64,000 bases of DNA. Source: Candidatus Sericytochromatia bacterium. Lineage in GTDB: Bacteria; Cyanobacteriota; Sericytochromatia; S15B-MN24; JAQBPE01. The stretch's first letter is position 1, and each line of letters opens with the position of its first letter. The notes beneath the pieces were generated by a model. That model saw nothing but the letters and a program-made list of their open reading frames with translations. It was not told the DNA's origin and did no database searches. Shown piece after piece: positions 10,409 through 22,567 of this stretch. The translations under genes and the position numbers were made by a program. Location: NCBI GenBank assembly GCA_035285125.1, contig JAYKHR010000066.1, forward strand, positions 32,001 to 96,000, written 5' to 3'.

Positions 10409-11209
10409 TCAGAAGGCGACGATGGCAGACGCTCTCAGGACCTGCATCGGCCACTCGATGCGGGGCTTGGCCGGCGTCCCGCCGGCAGGCTCCGGCGGTC
10501 CCACGTCTTGGCCCATCTCGACCTGCACCGAGAAGCCGTCCGAAGGCTGAAGCCGCAGGCCCCCGCCATAGCTCCAGGACCCATCCGTCGGGGTCATTTT
10601 CTTCGAATCCATGCGGAGGTGGGAGTGGGCGCCGATGCTCACCCAGTCCCAGGGCCGAAGCTCGATGCCGCCAGAACCCTCGACGATGGGTTGGTCGTTG
10701 AACATGTAGTAGCCGCCCCCCGCCACGTGCAACGTGAAGGGCCCCGCCTCGTAGATGCACGGCGCCAGGACGTGTACCAGCGGCCTTCGGCTGATCAGGC
10801 CATAGCCGACGCTTGCCTGCATCAGGGCCTGAAGGTACTCGCCCCCCCATGGCGCGTCAGCCCGCAGGAACTGCCTCCGGTAGCCGGCCTGCACGTTTTG
10901 GCCGAGCCGCACGAGGGCCTCGTTGCCATCCGGCAGGCCGTGCTGAACCCGCAGGGAGGGCCAGGCGGGAATCGCCTCGAGGCGTCCCAGGATGCCCTGC
11001 TCTTCCTCGTTCGAGGGCCCCACTGAGCCATCGAGCCGTGGCTGCCAGGCGCCAACTTCCACCAGCCAACGCCCCACACCGACGGTGCGAGCCGACTCGC
11101 CATCCGACCCCAGCGGCCGGTTGCCCAGCGGCGCGGCCTGCGCCGGTGCCGAGAGGACCAGGCCAAGGGCCATCGCCACCACCGAGAGGCGCTCAGCGCG
11201 GCTCGTCAT
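10409..11209 (-). CDS. Putative outer-membrane beta-barrel (MetA/phenol-degradation channel-like)
   Basis: Signal peptide ending AQA; ESARTVG.GRW.VE.G; amphipathic strands; C-terminal Phe. Confidence 0.6.
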   Translation of the reverse strand: MTSRAERLSVVAMALGLVLSAPAQAAPLGNRPLGSDGESARTVGVGRWLVEVGAWQPRLDGSVGPSNEEEQGILGRLEAIPAWPSLRVQHGLPDGNEALVRLGQNVQAGYRRQFLRADAPWGGEYLQALMQASVGYGLISRRPLVHVLAPCIYEAGPFTLHVAGGGYYMFNDQPIVEGSGGIELRPWDWVSIGAHSHLRMDSKKMTPTDGSWSYGGGLRLQPSDGFSVQVEMGQDVGPPEPAGGTPAKPRIEWPMQVLRASAIVAF

Positions 11210-11489
11210 GAAACTTCTTGATGGTCCAGTCGATGTTCGAGAGGCTGTAGCCGAAGAAAGCCAGGCCGTACACGACGGCCAGCATCGGCGACCCGAGGCG
11301 GTCAACCAGTCCGAACTGGACGGCAGTCCACGCGCAGACGGCAAGCAGGGCGGCATTGATGGCAACGCCCTGCACCAGCGCGAACCGCCCCAAGTAACCC
11401 TGGTCGAGACGCCGCACCACGGCCCACCTGGCCAGCAGAGCGGCGACCGTCGCCACCACACCGAGCAGAGAGGCCAGCGCCAGCCACAT
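11193..11489 (-). CDS. Small membrane protein (about 3 TM)
   Basis: Three hydrophobic segments; TGATG coupling to gdhA. Confidence 0.6.
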   Translation of the reverse strand: MWLALASLLGVVATVAALLARWAVVRRLDQGYLGRFALVQGVAINAALLAVCAWTAVQFGLVDRLGSPMLAVVYGLAFFGYSLSNIDWTIKKFHDEPR

Positions 11490-12751
11490 CAGGGGTAGAG
11501 GCCCCTGACCCGGGTGGCCTCCGCGACGGCCCCCACGCCCACCGAGTAGGCCGCCATCCGGAAGGAAAGCTTGCGCTGGTCCACGAGTTGGGCGACCTGA
11601 GAGAAGGCCCGGGTCAGGACGCGCCGCAGGCGGTCGTTGACCTCCTCTTCCGTCCAGAAGAGTTGGCTCATGCCCTGGACCCACTCGAAGTAGCTCACGA
11701 CCACGCCGCCGGCGTTGGCCAGGATGTCAGGCACCACCACCACCCCGCGTTGCTCCAGAATGGCCTCGCCAGCCGGCGTGGTCGGCGCGTTGGCCGCCTC
11801 GATGATGAACTCGGCCTTGATCCGGTCGGCGTTCTCAGCGGTGATGACGCTCTCCAGAGCGGCTGGAATGAGGACGTCGCAGGGCATCACGAGCAGATCC
11901 GCGTTCGACACCGGCTCAGCGCTCGCGTAACCCTCAAACGAGCCGTGCTCCTTGTAGTGGGCCATCACGGCGGGGATGTCCAGCCCTTCGGGGCGCTGGA
12001 TGCCACCCCGCCAGTCGCTGACGGCCACCACCTTGGCGCCCATCTGGTGCAGCAGGATGGCCGTGACACCGCCCACGTTCCCGAACCCTTGGATGGCCAC
12101 GCGCGTGCCGGCAACCTTCCGGCCGGCGTGCCGAAGCGTCTCGTCGAGGATGATGGTCACGCCCCGACCGGTCGCCTCGTTGCGACCGAGCGACCCGCCG
12201 ATGCAGATCGGCTTGCCCGTCACGACACCGGGCACCGCGTAGCCCTTGTTGACGCTGAAGGTGTCCATAATCCAGGCCATCTCGCGCGGGCCGGTGTTCA
12301 CGTCCGGCGCCGGGATGTCCTTGTTGGGATCGATGATGGGAATGAGGTCCGAGGTGAACCGCCGAGTCAGCCGCTCGAGTTCGCCCAGCGACATCTCTCG
12401 GGGGTCCACGGTGATGCCGCCCTTGGCGCCCCCGAAGGGCAAGCCCACGAGGGCACACTTCCACGTCATCAGCATGGCCAGGGCGGTGAACTCGTCCATC
12501 TCCGCATGATGATGGAACCGGAGGCCACCCTTGTAGGGGCCCAGGGCATTGTTGTGCTGGACCCGGTAGCCCGTGAAGACCCGAATGCTGCCATCATCCA
12601 TCCTCACGGGGGAGTGGACGGTGACGATGCGGTCTGGGTGCGCCAGGCGGTTGAAAACGCTCTGCCCGAGCCCCATCAGGTCGATGACCTTGGCCAGTTG
12701 CTGGCGGGCGCCTTGCAGGGGGGACTCGGCCTTGGATTCGGTCAGCAGCAT
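11489..12751 (-). CDS. gdhA: Glu/Leu/Phe/Val dehydrogenase (glutamate dehydrogenase)
   Basis: GPYKGGLRF, GGAKGG, DIPAPDV, TGKP..IGGS.GR.EATGRG, QGFGNVG, NAGGV.VSYFEW. Confidence 0.94.
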   Translation of the reverse strand: MLLTESKAESPLQGARQQLAKVIDLMGLGQSVFNRLAHPDRIVTVHSPVRMDDGSIRVFTGYRVQHNNALGPYKGGLRFHHHAEMDEFTALAMLMTWKCALVGLPFGGAKGGITVDPREMSLGELERLTRRFTSDLIPIIDPNKDIPAPDVNTGPREMAWIMDTFSVNKGYAVPGVVTGKPICIGGSLGRNEATGRGVTIILDETLRHAGRKVAGTRVAIQGFGNVGGVTAILLHQMGAKVVAVSDWRGGIQRPEGLDIPAVMAHYKEHGSFEGYASAEPVSNADLLVMPCDVLIPAALESVITAENADRIKAEFIIEAANAPTTPAGEAILEQRGVVVVPDILANAGGVVVSYFEWVQGMSQLFWTEEEVNDRLRRVLTRAFSQVAQLVDQRKLSFRMAAYSVGVGAVAEATRVRGLYP

Positions 12752-12942
12752 CGGGATCCTCGTCGACGCACCCGCACCACTCGCGGGGATGGCGCCGACG
12801 CCCTCGTCGGCACGCCCGATGGTACCACGGCCGCTTTCTGAGCCGCAATCGCGCGGTTGGCCCCCTCCGTGACCACCCGCACCCGGCCCCTTGCGCTGTT
12901 GCAGTATCATGCAAGGGTCGGCCCCTCGGCTCAGGGATCACC

Positions 12943-13629
12943 ATGGCCAGCGACCTCGAGACCCGCATCGAACTCGTCGGCACCCGCACGGCGCGCGCCA
13001 GGCTCGTCGATGGGGTCTTGCGGGTACGGATGCCGGCGCACTGGCCCCGGGAACACCAGGAGAGCACCCTGGCCCGGTTCCAGCGCTGGGCGGCCCGCCA
13101 GCTCGCCCGGGTCCGCGCCCTGCCCCCGCTCGCGCCTGGCGAGGGCAAGCGATGGGGGGAAGCCGAATTCGGGGCCTACGTGGCGCGCCTCAACGCCGAG
13201 ACCCTGCGGGCGCCTCTCGCAGCGGTGCGCATCGGCCGGGCGCGCCACACGAGGCTGGCCCAGGCGAACACCCGCACGGGTGTGCTCACGTTCTCCCGCT
13301 TCGCCATCGACGGGATGCCGGAACAGGCCCTGCGCTACCTCGTCCTGCACGAGCTCGCCCACCTGTTCGAGGCGAACCACTCGGCGCGCTTCTGGGCCCT
13401 GGTCGCGCGCCACGAGCCCGACTGGCGCAGCCAGCGCCGCATTGCCCAGGCCCACCACGCCCGCATGGTCGAGGCTGGAAACCAGCCCGCAGCAGCCGAA
13501 GAGCAGCCAGCGTCCGTCCCCGATGGGGTTTCGGGAGCCCCTGGGCTGGGAACAGCCGACGACCCGCCTGCCAGGGACGCCGAGGGTCACCCCTTCGGGC
13601 CCCTGTTCGCCTTCGTTTCCTCTCGCTAA
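12943..13629 (+). CDS. YgjP/DUF45-like zinc metallohydrolase
   Basis: YLVLHELAHL..NHS.RFW.LV; TATCAT at 12905-12910. Confidence 0.8.
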   Translation: MASDLETRIELVGTRTARARLVDGVLRVRMPAHWPREHQESTLARFQRWAARQLARVRALPPLAPGEGKRWGEAEFGAYVARLNAETLRAPLAAVRIGRARHTRLAQANTRTGVLTFSRFAIDGMPEQALRYLVLHELAHLFEANHSARFWALVARHEPDWRSQRRIAQAHHARMVEAGNQPAAAEEQPASVPDGVSGAPGLGTADDPPARDAEGHPFGPLFAFVSSR

Positions 13630-13705
13630 AGCCTTTCGTGCATCTCGGGGCTCTCCCCGCGATCTCTCCCCCCGCACCATGGCCGGACCCGGCAGGAGGG
13701 GAGCG

Positions 13706-14899
13706 ATGGACTGGCACCTTGTGGGATTGGGTCTTGGTGTGGCCTTCATCGGCTACACCTACCTCGGATACGGCGTGCTGATGGCGGGCCTGGCGAGGCT
13801 GGTGGGGCGTGCTCCCAGCCATACGTCCCGCTTGCCGCGCGTCAGCCTCATCATCGCCGCCTGCGACGAGGCGGCCATCCTGGAGGGCAAGCTCCAGAAC
13901 ACGCTCGCCCTGGACTACCCCGCGGACCTGCTGGAGGTGATCGTGGCGGCCGACGGCAGCCGCGACGGGACCGTTGCGGTTGCTGAGCGCTTTCGGGCTG
14001 CGGGTGTCCGGGTGCTGCACGAGCCTGCCCGGCGCGGCAAGAACCATGCGGTGAACCGGGCGGTGGCGTGTGCCAGCGGCGAGATCGTCGTCCTGTCCGA
14101 CGCCAACGCCTTCTACCGTGAGGACGCCCTGAGGATGCTCGTGCGCAACTTCGGGGATGAGCGGGTCGCCCTCGTCGCTGGCGCCAAACGGGTCGTTGGG
14201 GAGGGCCAGGCTGCCGCTGAGGCCGAGGGCCTGTACTGGCGCTACGAGTCCTGGCTGAAGGTGGCCGACTCGCGGGTGTCCTCGGTGCTCGGGGCCGCCG
14301 GCGAGATCCTGGCCGTGCGTCGCAGCGCCTGGTTGCCTCCGCCCGAGGGAGTCGTGATCGAGGATTTCTGGCTCACGCTTGCCCTGCTCCGACAAGGGCA
14401 CCGGGCCGTCTATGAGCCAGAGGCCGTCGCCACGGAGCTCGGGGCGCCCGCCATGGCCGATGAGTGGGAGAGACGCGTGCGCATCTCGGCCGGCGGGTGG
14501 CAGGCCCTGGTCGATCATCGCGAGTTGCTCTCGCCCCGCTGGGGGCTGCTGGCCTTCCAGCTCTGGTCCCACCGCGTGGCCCGCTGGGTGGTGGTGCCCC
14601 CGCTGCTGCCGCTGCTCGCCTGGCTCACGTGGACGAGCCAGCCGGCTCCCGTGGCCCGCCTGCTCGGTGGCCTGGAGCTTGCGGCCGTGGCCCTCGCCGC
14701 CGTCGGGTGGGCCTTGGAGCGACTGGGGCTTTCGGCCAGGTCGACCACCCTGCCTTACTGGCTGTTGATGACCAACGCAGCGGCCCTGGCGGGGGCGTGG
14801 CGGTTCTGGACGCGGCAACAACCGGCGGCCTGGGCCCGCGTCAGGCGGACGGCCGGTGTCCCGGCCACCACCCCGTGCCCCCAGCGCCGGCCACGTTAG
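13706..14899 (+). CDS. Glycosyltransferase family 2, membrane-bound
   Basis: VSLIIAA..E, DGS.DGT, GK..A.N, SDAN, ED, RRVRI; GGAGG SD. Confidence 0.9.
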   Translation: MDWHLVGLGLGVAFIGYTYLGYGVLMAGLARLVGRAPSHTSRLPRVSLIIAACDEAAILEGKLQNTLALDYPADLLEVIVAADGSRDGTVAVAERFRAAGVRVLHEPARRGKNHAVNRAVACASGEIVVLSDANAFYREDALRMLVRNFGDERVALVAGAKRVVGEGQAAAEAEGLYWRYESWLKVADSRVSSVLGAAGEILAVRRSAWLPPPEGVVIEDFWLTLALLRQGHRAVYEPEAVATELGAPAMADEWERRVRISAGGWQALVDHRELLSPRWGLLAFQLWSHRVARWVVVPPLLPLLAWLTWTSQPAPVARLLGGLELAAVALAAVGWALERLGLSARSTTLPYWLLMTNAAALAGAWRFWTRQQPAAWARVRRTAGVPATTPCPQRRPR

Positions 14900-14906
14900 G
14901 CGCGAT

Positions 14907-15359
14907 TCACAGAGGAGCTGACGAAGGCTCGACGTCCAGGGGGGAACCACCCGTGGCCGGCTCGGGGGCTTCCGCCGGGGGGCTCGTGCAGGCCCGCCGG
15001 CCCCGCAGCACCCGCCAGCCCGCCGCGACCCCAGCGGCCGCCGCAAGCACGCGGAGCGACCCCTCCTGCAGCACCACCCGCCGAACCTCGCCAGCCACGT
15101 GCTCGGCGCGTTGGACCCCGCGTTGCGCTGCGGCCACAATTTCGTGGGCTTCCTGAACCGTCTCATCCGTGTTTCGGGTCAGCAACTCGAGCTGGCTCAG
15201 GTTGGCCTGGAGGGCTTTGGCCGAGGCCGTGAGCTCTGGCAACAACTCCTGCCGGACCTGCTGCAGGAGCCGGCCGAGCTGCCAGGAGGCCCACAGGAAC
15301 CCGCCCCCGAGGCAGGCGAGCGCCGCCACCGCCGCCACTCCCACCGCTGTCTGCGCCAT
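14907..15359 (-). CDS. DUF948-like membrane-anchored coiled-coil protein
   Basis: N-terminal TM helix then heptad repeats; GGAGGT SD. Confidence 0.6.
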   Translation of the reverse strand: MAQTAVGVAAVAALACLGGGFLWASWQLGRLLQQVRQELLPELTASAKALQANLSQLELLTRNTDETVQEAHEIVAAAQRGVQRAEHVAGEVRRVVLQEGSLRVLAAAAGVAAGWRVLRGRRACTSPPAEAPEPATGGSPLDVEPSSAPL

Positions 15360-15486
15360 GCGACCTCCCACCGGCTCGCGCGAACCGCCACCACGACCAG
15401 TAAACGAACAAAGGCCGGTCACCGTCAATCCGTTCGGGCGTGCACTGACCGGATTCGCCGGGTAAGCTGGGACCGGGTTCTCCAAC

Positions 15487-17064
15487 ATGCTGCACAGGTC
15501 GCGCGGCAGGCCATTGCCGCTCTGGGTCGTGAATGGGTTCGCGTTTGCGCTGGTGCTGGCGTCGAGCGGCGTGCTGGCGTGGCTGCTCCGCGACGGGAAG
15601 CCAGACAGGCGAATCCTGACGGGGCTGCTGGGCACGATGGCGGTGCTGCCGGCCCTCGCCCGCTGGCAGGCCGGGTGGTTGGCGCTCTTCGTGACCATGC
15701 CCTGGATCGCCTGGGTGCGTCGGGTGCAGCTGCTCATTGCCCCTCAGAGCGAGGGCATCGAACGGTTCGACCCCCTGCTGCTGGTGCCCGACGCGCTAGC
15801 GGGCGTGGCGCTACTCGGCTACTTGCTGATGCAGCGATTCTCTCGGCGGGTTGAACCTCAGCCGGGGGAGCGCCTCCTGCACAGCTTGCTCGTCGGGCTT
15901 GTCGGCATCACATTCCTCGAGGTGTTCAACCCGCTGATGGGAAGCGTCGCTGCTGGCGTCAACGGGCTGCGGGTCTTCACGCTCTATGTGGGGCTCTACT
16001 GGGTCACGGCCCACGTGTGCCAGCTCGAAGAACGGGTACACGCCTGGATCAGCGTGACGGTCTTCGCAGGCTTGGTGAGCGGCCTGTACGGCATCGGGCA
16101 GCACTTCGTCGGGCTGCCGAGCTACGACTGGATCTGGGTGCACAGTGCGAAGATGGGGCACCAGATGGTCGGCGACAAGGTCCGCATCTTCTCCACGTTC
16201 AGCTTCACGAGCACCTTCTCGCACTTTGCCCTGATCGGCGTCTGCTTCGGGCTGACGGCCTGGCGGCTCCGGCGGCTCTCCCTCTTCACCCAGCTGCTCT
16301 CGCCGCTTTGCACCATCGTCTCCCTGAGCGCCCTCCTGCTGACGTTCGTGAGAAGCTCCTACGTCGGCCTCTTCGTGGCCCTTGTCGCGGGGGCGGTGCT
16401 CGCAGGTGAGCCCAGGCGCCGCTTGCTCCGGCTGGTGGGCCTGTTTGCGGTCGGCGCCGCCTGCGTGTTCCTCCTGCCCTCCAGCGCCGGCGACTCTGCG
16501 CGCGTGGATGCGCCCAGCGGGTCGGCCTCCGCCATGGTGGCGCAGCGCCTGACCTCGATCGGGCAGGGGGCCGAGAACAGCTCCGTGTCCTATCGGGTGG
16601 GCCTCTGGAAGCGGCACTTTGCCCTGGTCACGGAGTTCATTCCCATGGGGGTGGGTATCGGGGCCGGGAGCGGCACCCGCTTCGGGGGCGATCCGTGGGC
16701 CGAGACGACGGCCTACACCGAGAGCCAGTTTGTCAGTGCGCTAGCTGAACTGGGCTGGCCGGGCTTCTTGCTGTTTGTCGGCACGACGGTGTTCGGCCTC
16801 GTTTACACCGTCCGCACCCACGACCGCCTGATCGACCCCGAGCGCCGCCGGTTGCTCCACCTGTGCTTCATGGTGCAGTGTGGCATCTTGATTGCTGGCA
16901 TCACCGGGGGCCCTGTGCTCTACACCCAGCCGGGTTGCGCCTACTACTGGGCCGCCTTAGGAATTGTGACCGCGCTCAGCCGCGCCGAGGCGGCCGAGCG
17001 GCGCCGGGAGGCTGAGGCCCTCACGGCGGTAGTGCCTCCAGGAAGGCTCCCACTGCCTGGTTGA
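15487..17064 (+). CDS. O-antigen ligase / Wzy_C-family polytopic membrane protein
   Basis: About 12 TM; RIFSTF, LLTFVRSS, R..LW, P.G.G.G, ELGWPG. Confidence 0.8.
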   Translation: MLHRSRGRPLPLWVVNGFAFALVLASSGVLAWLLRDGKPDRRILTGLLGTMAVLPALARWQAGWLALFVTMPWIAWVRRVQLLIAPQSEGIERFDPLLLVPDALAGVALLGYLLMQRFSRRVEPQPGERLLHSLLVGLVGITFLEVFNPLMGSVAAGVNGLRVFTLYVGLYWVTAHVCQLEERVHAWISVTVFAGLVSGLYGIGQHFVGLPSYDWIWVHSAKMGHQMVGDKVRIFSTFSFTSTFSHFALIGVCFGLTAWRLRRLSLFTQLLSPLCTIVSLSALLLTFVRSSYVGLFVALVAGAVLAGEPRRRLLRLVGLFAVGAACVFLLPSSAGDSARVDAPSGSASAMVAQRLTSIGQGAENSSVSYRVGLWKRHFALVTEFIPMGVGIGAGSGTRFGGDPWAETTAYTESQFVSALAELGWPGFLLFVGTTVFGLVYTVRTHDRLIDPERRRLLHLCFMVQCGILIAGITGGPVLYTQPGCAYYWAALGIVTALSRAEAAERRREAEALTAVVPPGRLPLPG

Positions 17065-17827
17065 AGGCCTCGGGCTGCTCGAGGTTCGACAGGTGGCCGG
17101 CGGCAGGCAAGCGGGAGATGGTGCCAAGCGGCACCGCTGCGGCTAGCCCCTCCATTTCCTCGGGCGGCGTGAGGGCATCCCCCTCCCCCACGACAGCCAG
17201 CACGGGCATCGCCAGGTGCGGCAGCAGGGGGGTGGCATCTGGCCGGCTCGCCATCATCCGGAGCGCGCCGGCCGCAACCGGGGGGCGCACGGCCCTGGCC
17301 CACTCGACCACGGTCGCGACCAGTGCGGGTCGTTCCACCCGCGTGGCGGCCGCCATCGCCCTGCCTGGGAAGCTGGCCGCCAGGTCCTCCACACCCTCCT
17401 CGGTCACACGCTGGGCCAGGGCTTCCCGCCCCGCTCGCACCTCGGCGCTGTCCGCAGCCGCCCGGGTGTCTGCCAGCACCAGGCCACGCAAGGCCTCGGG
17501 GTGACGCCGGGCCAGCGCGAGGGCCACGTAACCGCCCATGGACAGCCCCCCCACGACGTATCGGCCGTGCCCCAGGGCCTCCATCGCGTGGTGAACCACG
17601 TCTGCCAGCCCGTCCACCGTCATCTCGCCGTCGGTGGTCTGTGACGATCCGAAGCCGGGGAGGTCGAGCGTCACGACGTGGGCGTGGTCAGCCAACCCTT
17701 CGAGCTGGGGATCCCACATGCGCTGGTTCAGGGGAAAGGCGTGCAGCAACAGCAGCACGGGCCCCTGGCCGCTGGCCGTGTAGGCAATCTCCAGGCCATC
17801 GACGGTGATGCGCTCGACGCCGTTCAT
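17021..17827 (-). CDS. Alpha/beta hydrolase
   Basis: LLHAFP, DLPGFG.S, GLSMGG nucleophile elbow, GEGD, AGHL. Confidence 0.9.
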   Translation of the reverse strand: MNGVERITVDGLEIAYTASGQGPVLLLLHAFPLNQRMWDPQLEGLADHAHVVTLDLPGFGSSQTTDGEMTVDGLADVVHHAMEALGHGRYVVGGLSMGGYVALALARRHPEALRGLVLADTRAAADSAEVRAGREALAQRVTEEGVEDLAASFPGRAMAAATRVERPALVATVVEWARAVRPPVAAGALRMMASRPDATPLLPHLAMPVLAVVGEGDALTPPEEMEGLAAAVPLGTISRLPAAGHLSNLEQPEAFNQAVGAFLEALPP

Positions 17828-17843
17828 CTTGCCCCTCCCAAGG

Positions 17844-17954
17844 TCAGGGGGCGTGTCGGTATCGCCACAAGAGCCAGGCTCGCCTGCCCCCGGCCACCAG
17901 CACCAACACGGCCACCGGCCCGAACACCAGGATCTCGTCCACAGGAACCTTCAT
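17844..17954 (-). CDS. 36-aa single-TM small protein (MKVPVDEILVFGPVAVLVLVAGGRRAWLLWRYRHAP)
   Basis: Fills the gap between genes; TGtTACCAT extended -10 lies 9 nt upstream of the ATG. Confidence 0.5.
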   Translation of the reverse strand: MKVPVDEILVFGPVAVLVLVAGGRRAWLLWRYRHAP

Positions 17955-17995
17955 CGCCCAGCCATGGTAACACGCGCTGGGGCTGTCCCCAGGCG

Positions 17996-20553
<2,558 letters not shown>

Positions 20554-20629
20554 TTATAGCCGGCCGCCCAGGCCTGGGCCTCTAACATGTATTTGACGTG
20601 CACGAAACACGGATTTATCGATCACCTAA

Positions 20630-20656
20630 GAAAGATTGCCCGACTGGGCCCGATAA
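20630..20656 (+). promoter_or_regulatory. sigma28-like promoter GAAAGATT-N11-CCCGATAA
   Basis: 6/8 and 7/8 matches to TAAAGTTT-N11-GCCGATAA with the canonical spacer. Confidence 0.45.
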
Positions 20657-20779
20657 CGGTTGACAGGGGGTGGTCTGGAGCCTCTCCCTGACCCCGGACC
20701 TGGCTCACGGCCGAGCGTGCCCGGGAGGCCTATCTGGCGTGGACGAAGCTGTCTGACACCCCCGGTGTGGAGGTACTCG

Positions 20780-21517
20780 ATGGAAAAGGTGTTCCAGTCC
20801 TACACCCCGCGTGAGAAAGAGCAGTTGGTGGAGAGCTATCTGCCGCTGGTCCGGAAGATCGCGCGCGGCCTCGCCCGCCGCAGCACTGATCCGGTCGAGG
20901 ACCTGATCCAGGTCGGTTCCATCGGCCTGCTCGAGGCGATCAACCGCTACGAGACCGGTCACAACACCGAGTTCAAAACCTACGCCGTACACTTCATCAC
21001 CGGGCACATCCGGCACTACCTTCGCGATCGCCAGAACCTGCTGCGCGGGCCTCGGGTGCTACAGGAACTCTCCTACCGTCTGAGCCAGGTCTCCAACCGG
21101 CTGACGCAGCAACTGGGACGCGACCCCTCCAACCAGGAGCTCGCGGATGCGCTGGAGGTCACGCCCGAGCAGGTTGATCAGGTCAAGATGTACGACAGGC
21201 GCGTCACCGTCTTGTGGCTCGACCAGGAAAGCGGCGACGCCGATGACGACGAGCAACGCTCGCTGCTCGACACGCTGTCGGACAACCGCGCGGGCACGGA
21301 CTCGCGCGAGGAACTCGACGACAGGCTCGTGCTGGCAGAGGCGTTGGGCCACCTCCCGGACGCCCAGCGCCGGCTGCTGGAGCTGAGGTACTTCCACGAC
21401 CTGACGCAGGCGGAGCTTTCCCGGCGGCTCGGGATCAGCCAGATGGAGGTCTGCCGCCGCCTGAAGAAGGCGGAGAAGCAGCTGCGCAAGGCTCTGGTGC
21501 CAGTTGGCGCGCCCTGA
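20780..21517 (+). CDS. SigB/SigF/SigG-family RNA polymerase sigma factor
   Basis: EDLIQVG.IGL..AI.RY, F.TYA..FI.G.I.HYLRD, region 4 TQAE....LGISQM.V.R; GGAGGT SD. Confidence 0.92.
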   Translation: MEKVFQSYTPREKEQLVESYLPLVRKIARGLARRSTDPVEDLIQVGSIGLLEAINRYETGHNTEFKTYAVHFITGHIRHYLRDRQNLLRGPRVLQELSYRLSQVSNRLTQQLGRDPSNQELADALEVTPEQVDQVKMYDRRVTVLWLDQESGDADDDEQRSLLDTLSDNRAGTDSREELDDRLVLAEALGHLPDAQRRLLELRYFHDLTQAELSRRLGISQMEVCRRLKKAEKQLRKALVPVGAP

Positions 21518-21526
21518 AGTTCGGCG

Positions 21527-22567
21527 TCACTCGCCGCTGGATGAGGGGTCCTGCTCGTAGGTATAACGCGTGATGTTCATGAGCCCCGCGAGCACCTCGC
21601 GGGGCTCAACGCCGCCGTGCACGATCTGATAGACCCCCTCCGTGATGGGCATGTGGACACCCTCCGCAGTGGCGTATTCGTGAACCGTCCTGGCCGTCTT
21701 GACGCCTTCCGCGACCTGGCGCATCTCACCCACGATGGCAGCCAGAGACTCGCCCCGGGCCAGCCTCAGGCCGACTTGAAAGTTTCGCGACAGCGGGGAA
21801 AAGCACGTGGCCATCAAATCCCCGATGCCCGACAGGCCGCTGAAGGTCTCCTGGCGTGCCCCGAGGTGGTGACCCAACCTCGCCACCTCTGCCAGCCCCC
21901 GCGTGAGCAGCAGGGCCCGGGTGTTGTCGCCGAACGAGAGGCCCGTCGCGATACCAGCGGCGATGGCCATGATGTTCTTCACCGCCCCGCCGACCTCTGC
22001 GCCCACGACGTCCGTGTTGCCGTAGACCCGGAACGTGGGCCCCGCGAGCACCGCCCGCGCGGCATCGATGACGGCGGGAAAGTGGCTCGCCACCACCGTG
22101 GCGCTGGGCTGTCCCTCCGCCACCTCCCTGGCGAGGTTGGGGCCTGACAGCACGCCGATCTGGCGGACGCAGGTCTCCTCGCGGACAACCTCGGACATAC
22201 GCTTCAACGTGCTTCCCTCGAAGCCCTTCACGGCATGGACCACCTGGTGGGCGCCGTCGAGGTGGGCGCCGAGCTCGGCCACCACGCCCCGCAAGCTGCC
22301 CGACGGCACCACCAGCAGGATGAGGCGACACCCCGTCCCTACCGCCTCGAGGGAGGTGGTCGCACGCACCCGCGCTGGCAGGACCATCCCTGGCAGGTAG
22401 CGCGTGTTGACGCGCGTCGCGTTGACCTCGTCCACGGTGCCGGCATCGCGCATCCAATGCAGCACGTCGTGCCCGTTGGAGCCGATCAGGTGGGAGAGGG
22501 CCGTACCCCAGCTACCGCCCCCGACGATGCCGACCGGGCTCGGTGCTGCCACTTCAGGCGAGGTCAT
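21527..22567 (-). CDS. gpsA: NAD(P)H-dependent glycerol-3-phosphate dehydrogenase
   Basis: GGGSWGTAL, LSGPNLA.E, GGAVKN, GLSGIGDL, SRN. Confidence 0.95.
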   Translation of the reverse strand: MTSPEVAAPSPVGIVGGGSWGTALSHLIGSNGHDVLHWMRDAGTVDEVNATRVNTRYLPGMVLPARVRATTSLEAVGTGCRLILLVVPSGSLRGVVAELGAHLDGAHQVVHAVKGFEGSTLKRMSEVVREETCVRQIGVLSGPNLAREVAEGQPSATVVASHFPAVIDAARAVLAGPTFRVYGNTDVVGAEVGGAVKNIMAIAAGIATGLSFGDNTRALLLTRGLAEVARLGHHLGARQETFSGLSGIGDLMATCFSPLSRNFQVGLRLARGESLAAIVGEMRQVAEGVKTARTVHEYATAEGVHMPITEGVYQIVHGGVEPREVLAGLMNITRYTYEQDPSSSGE

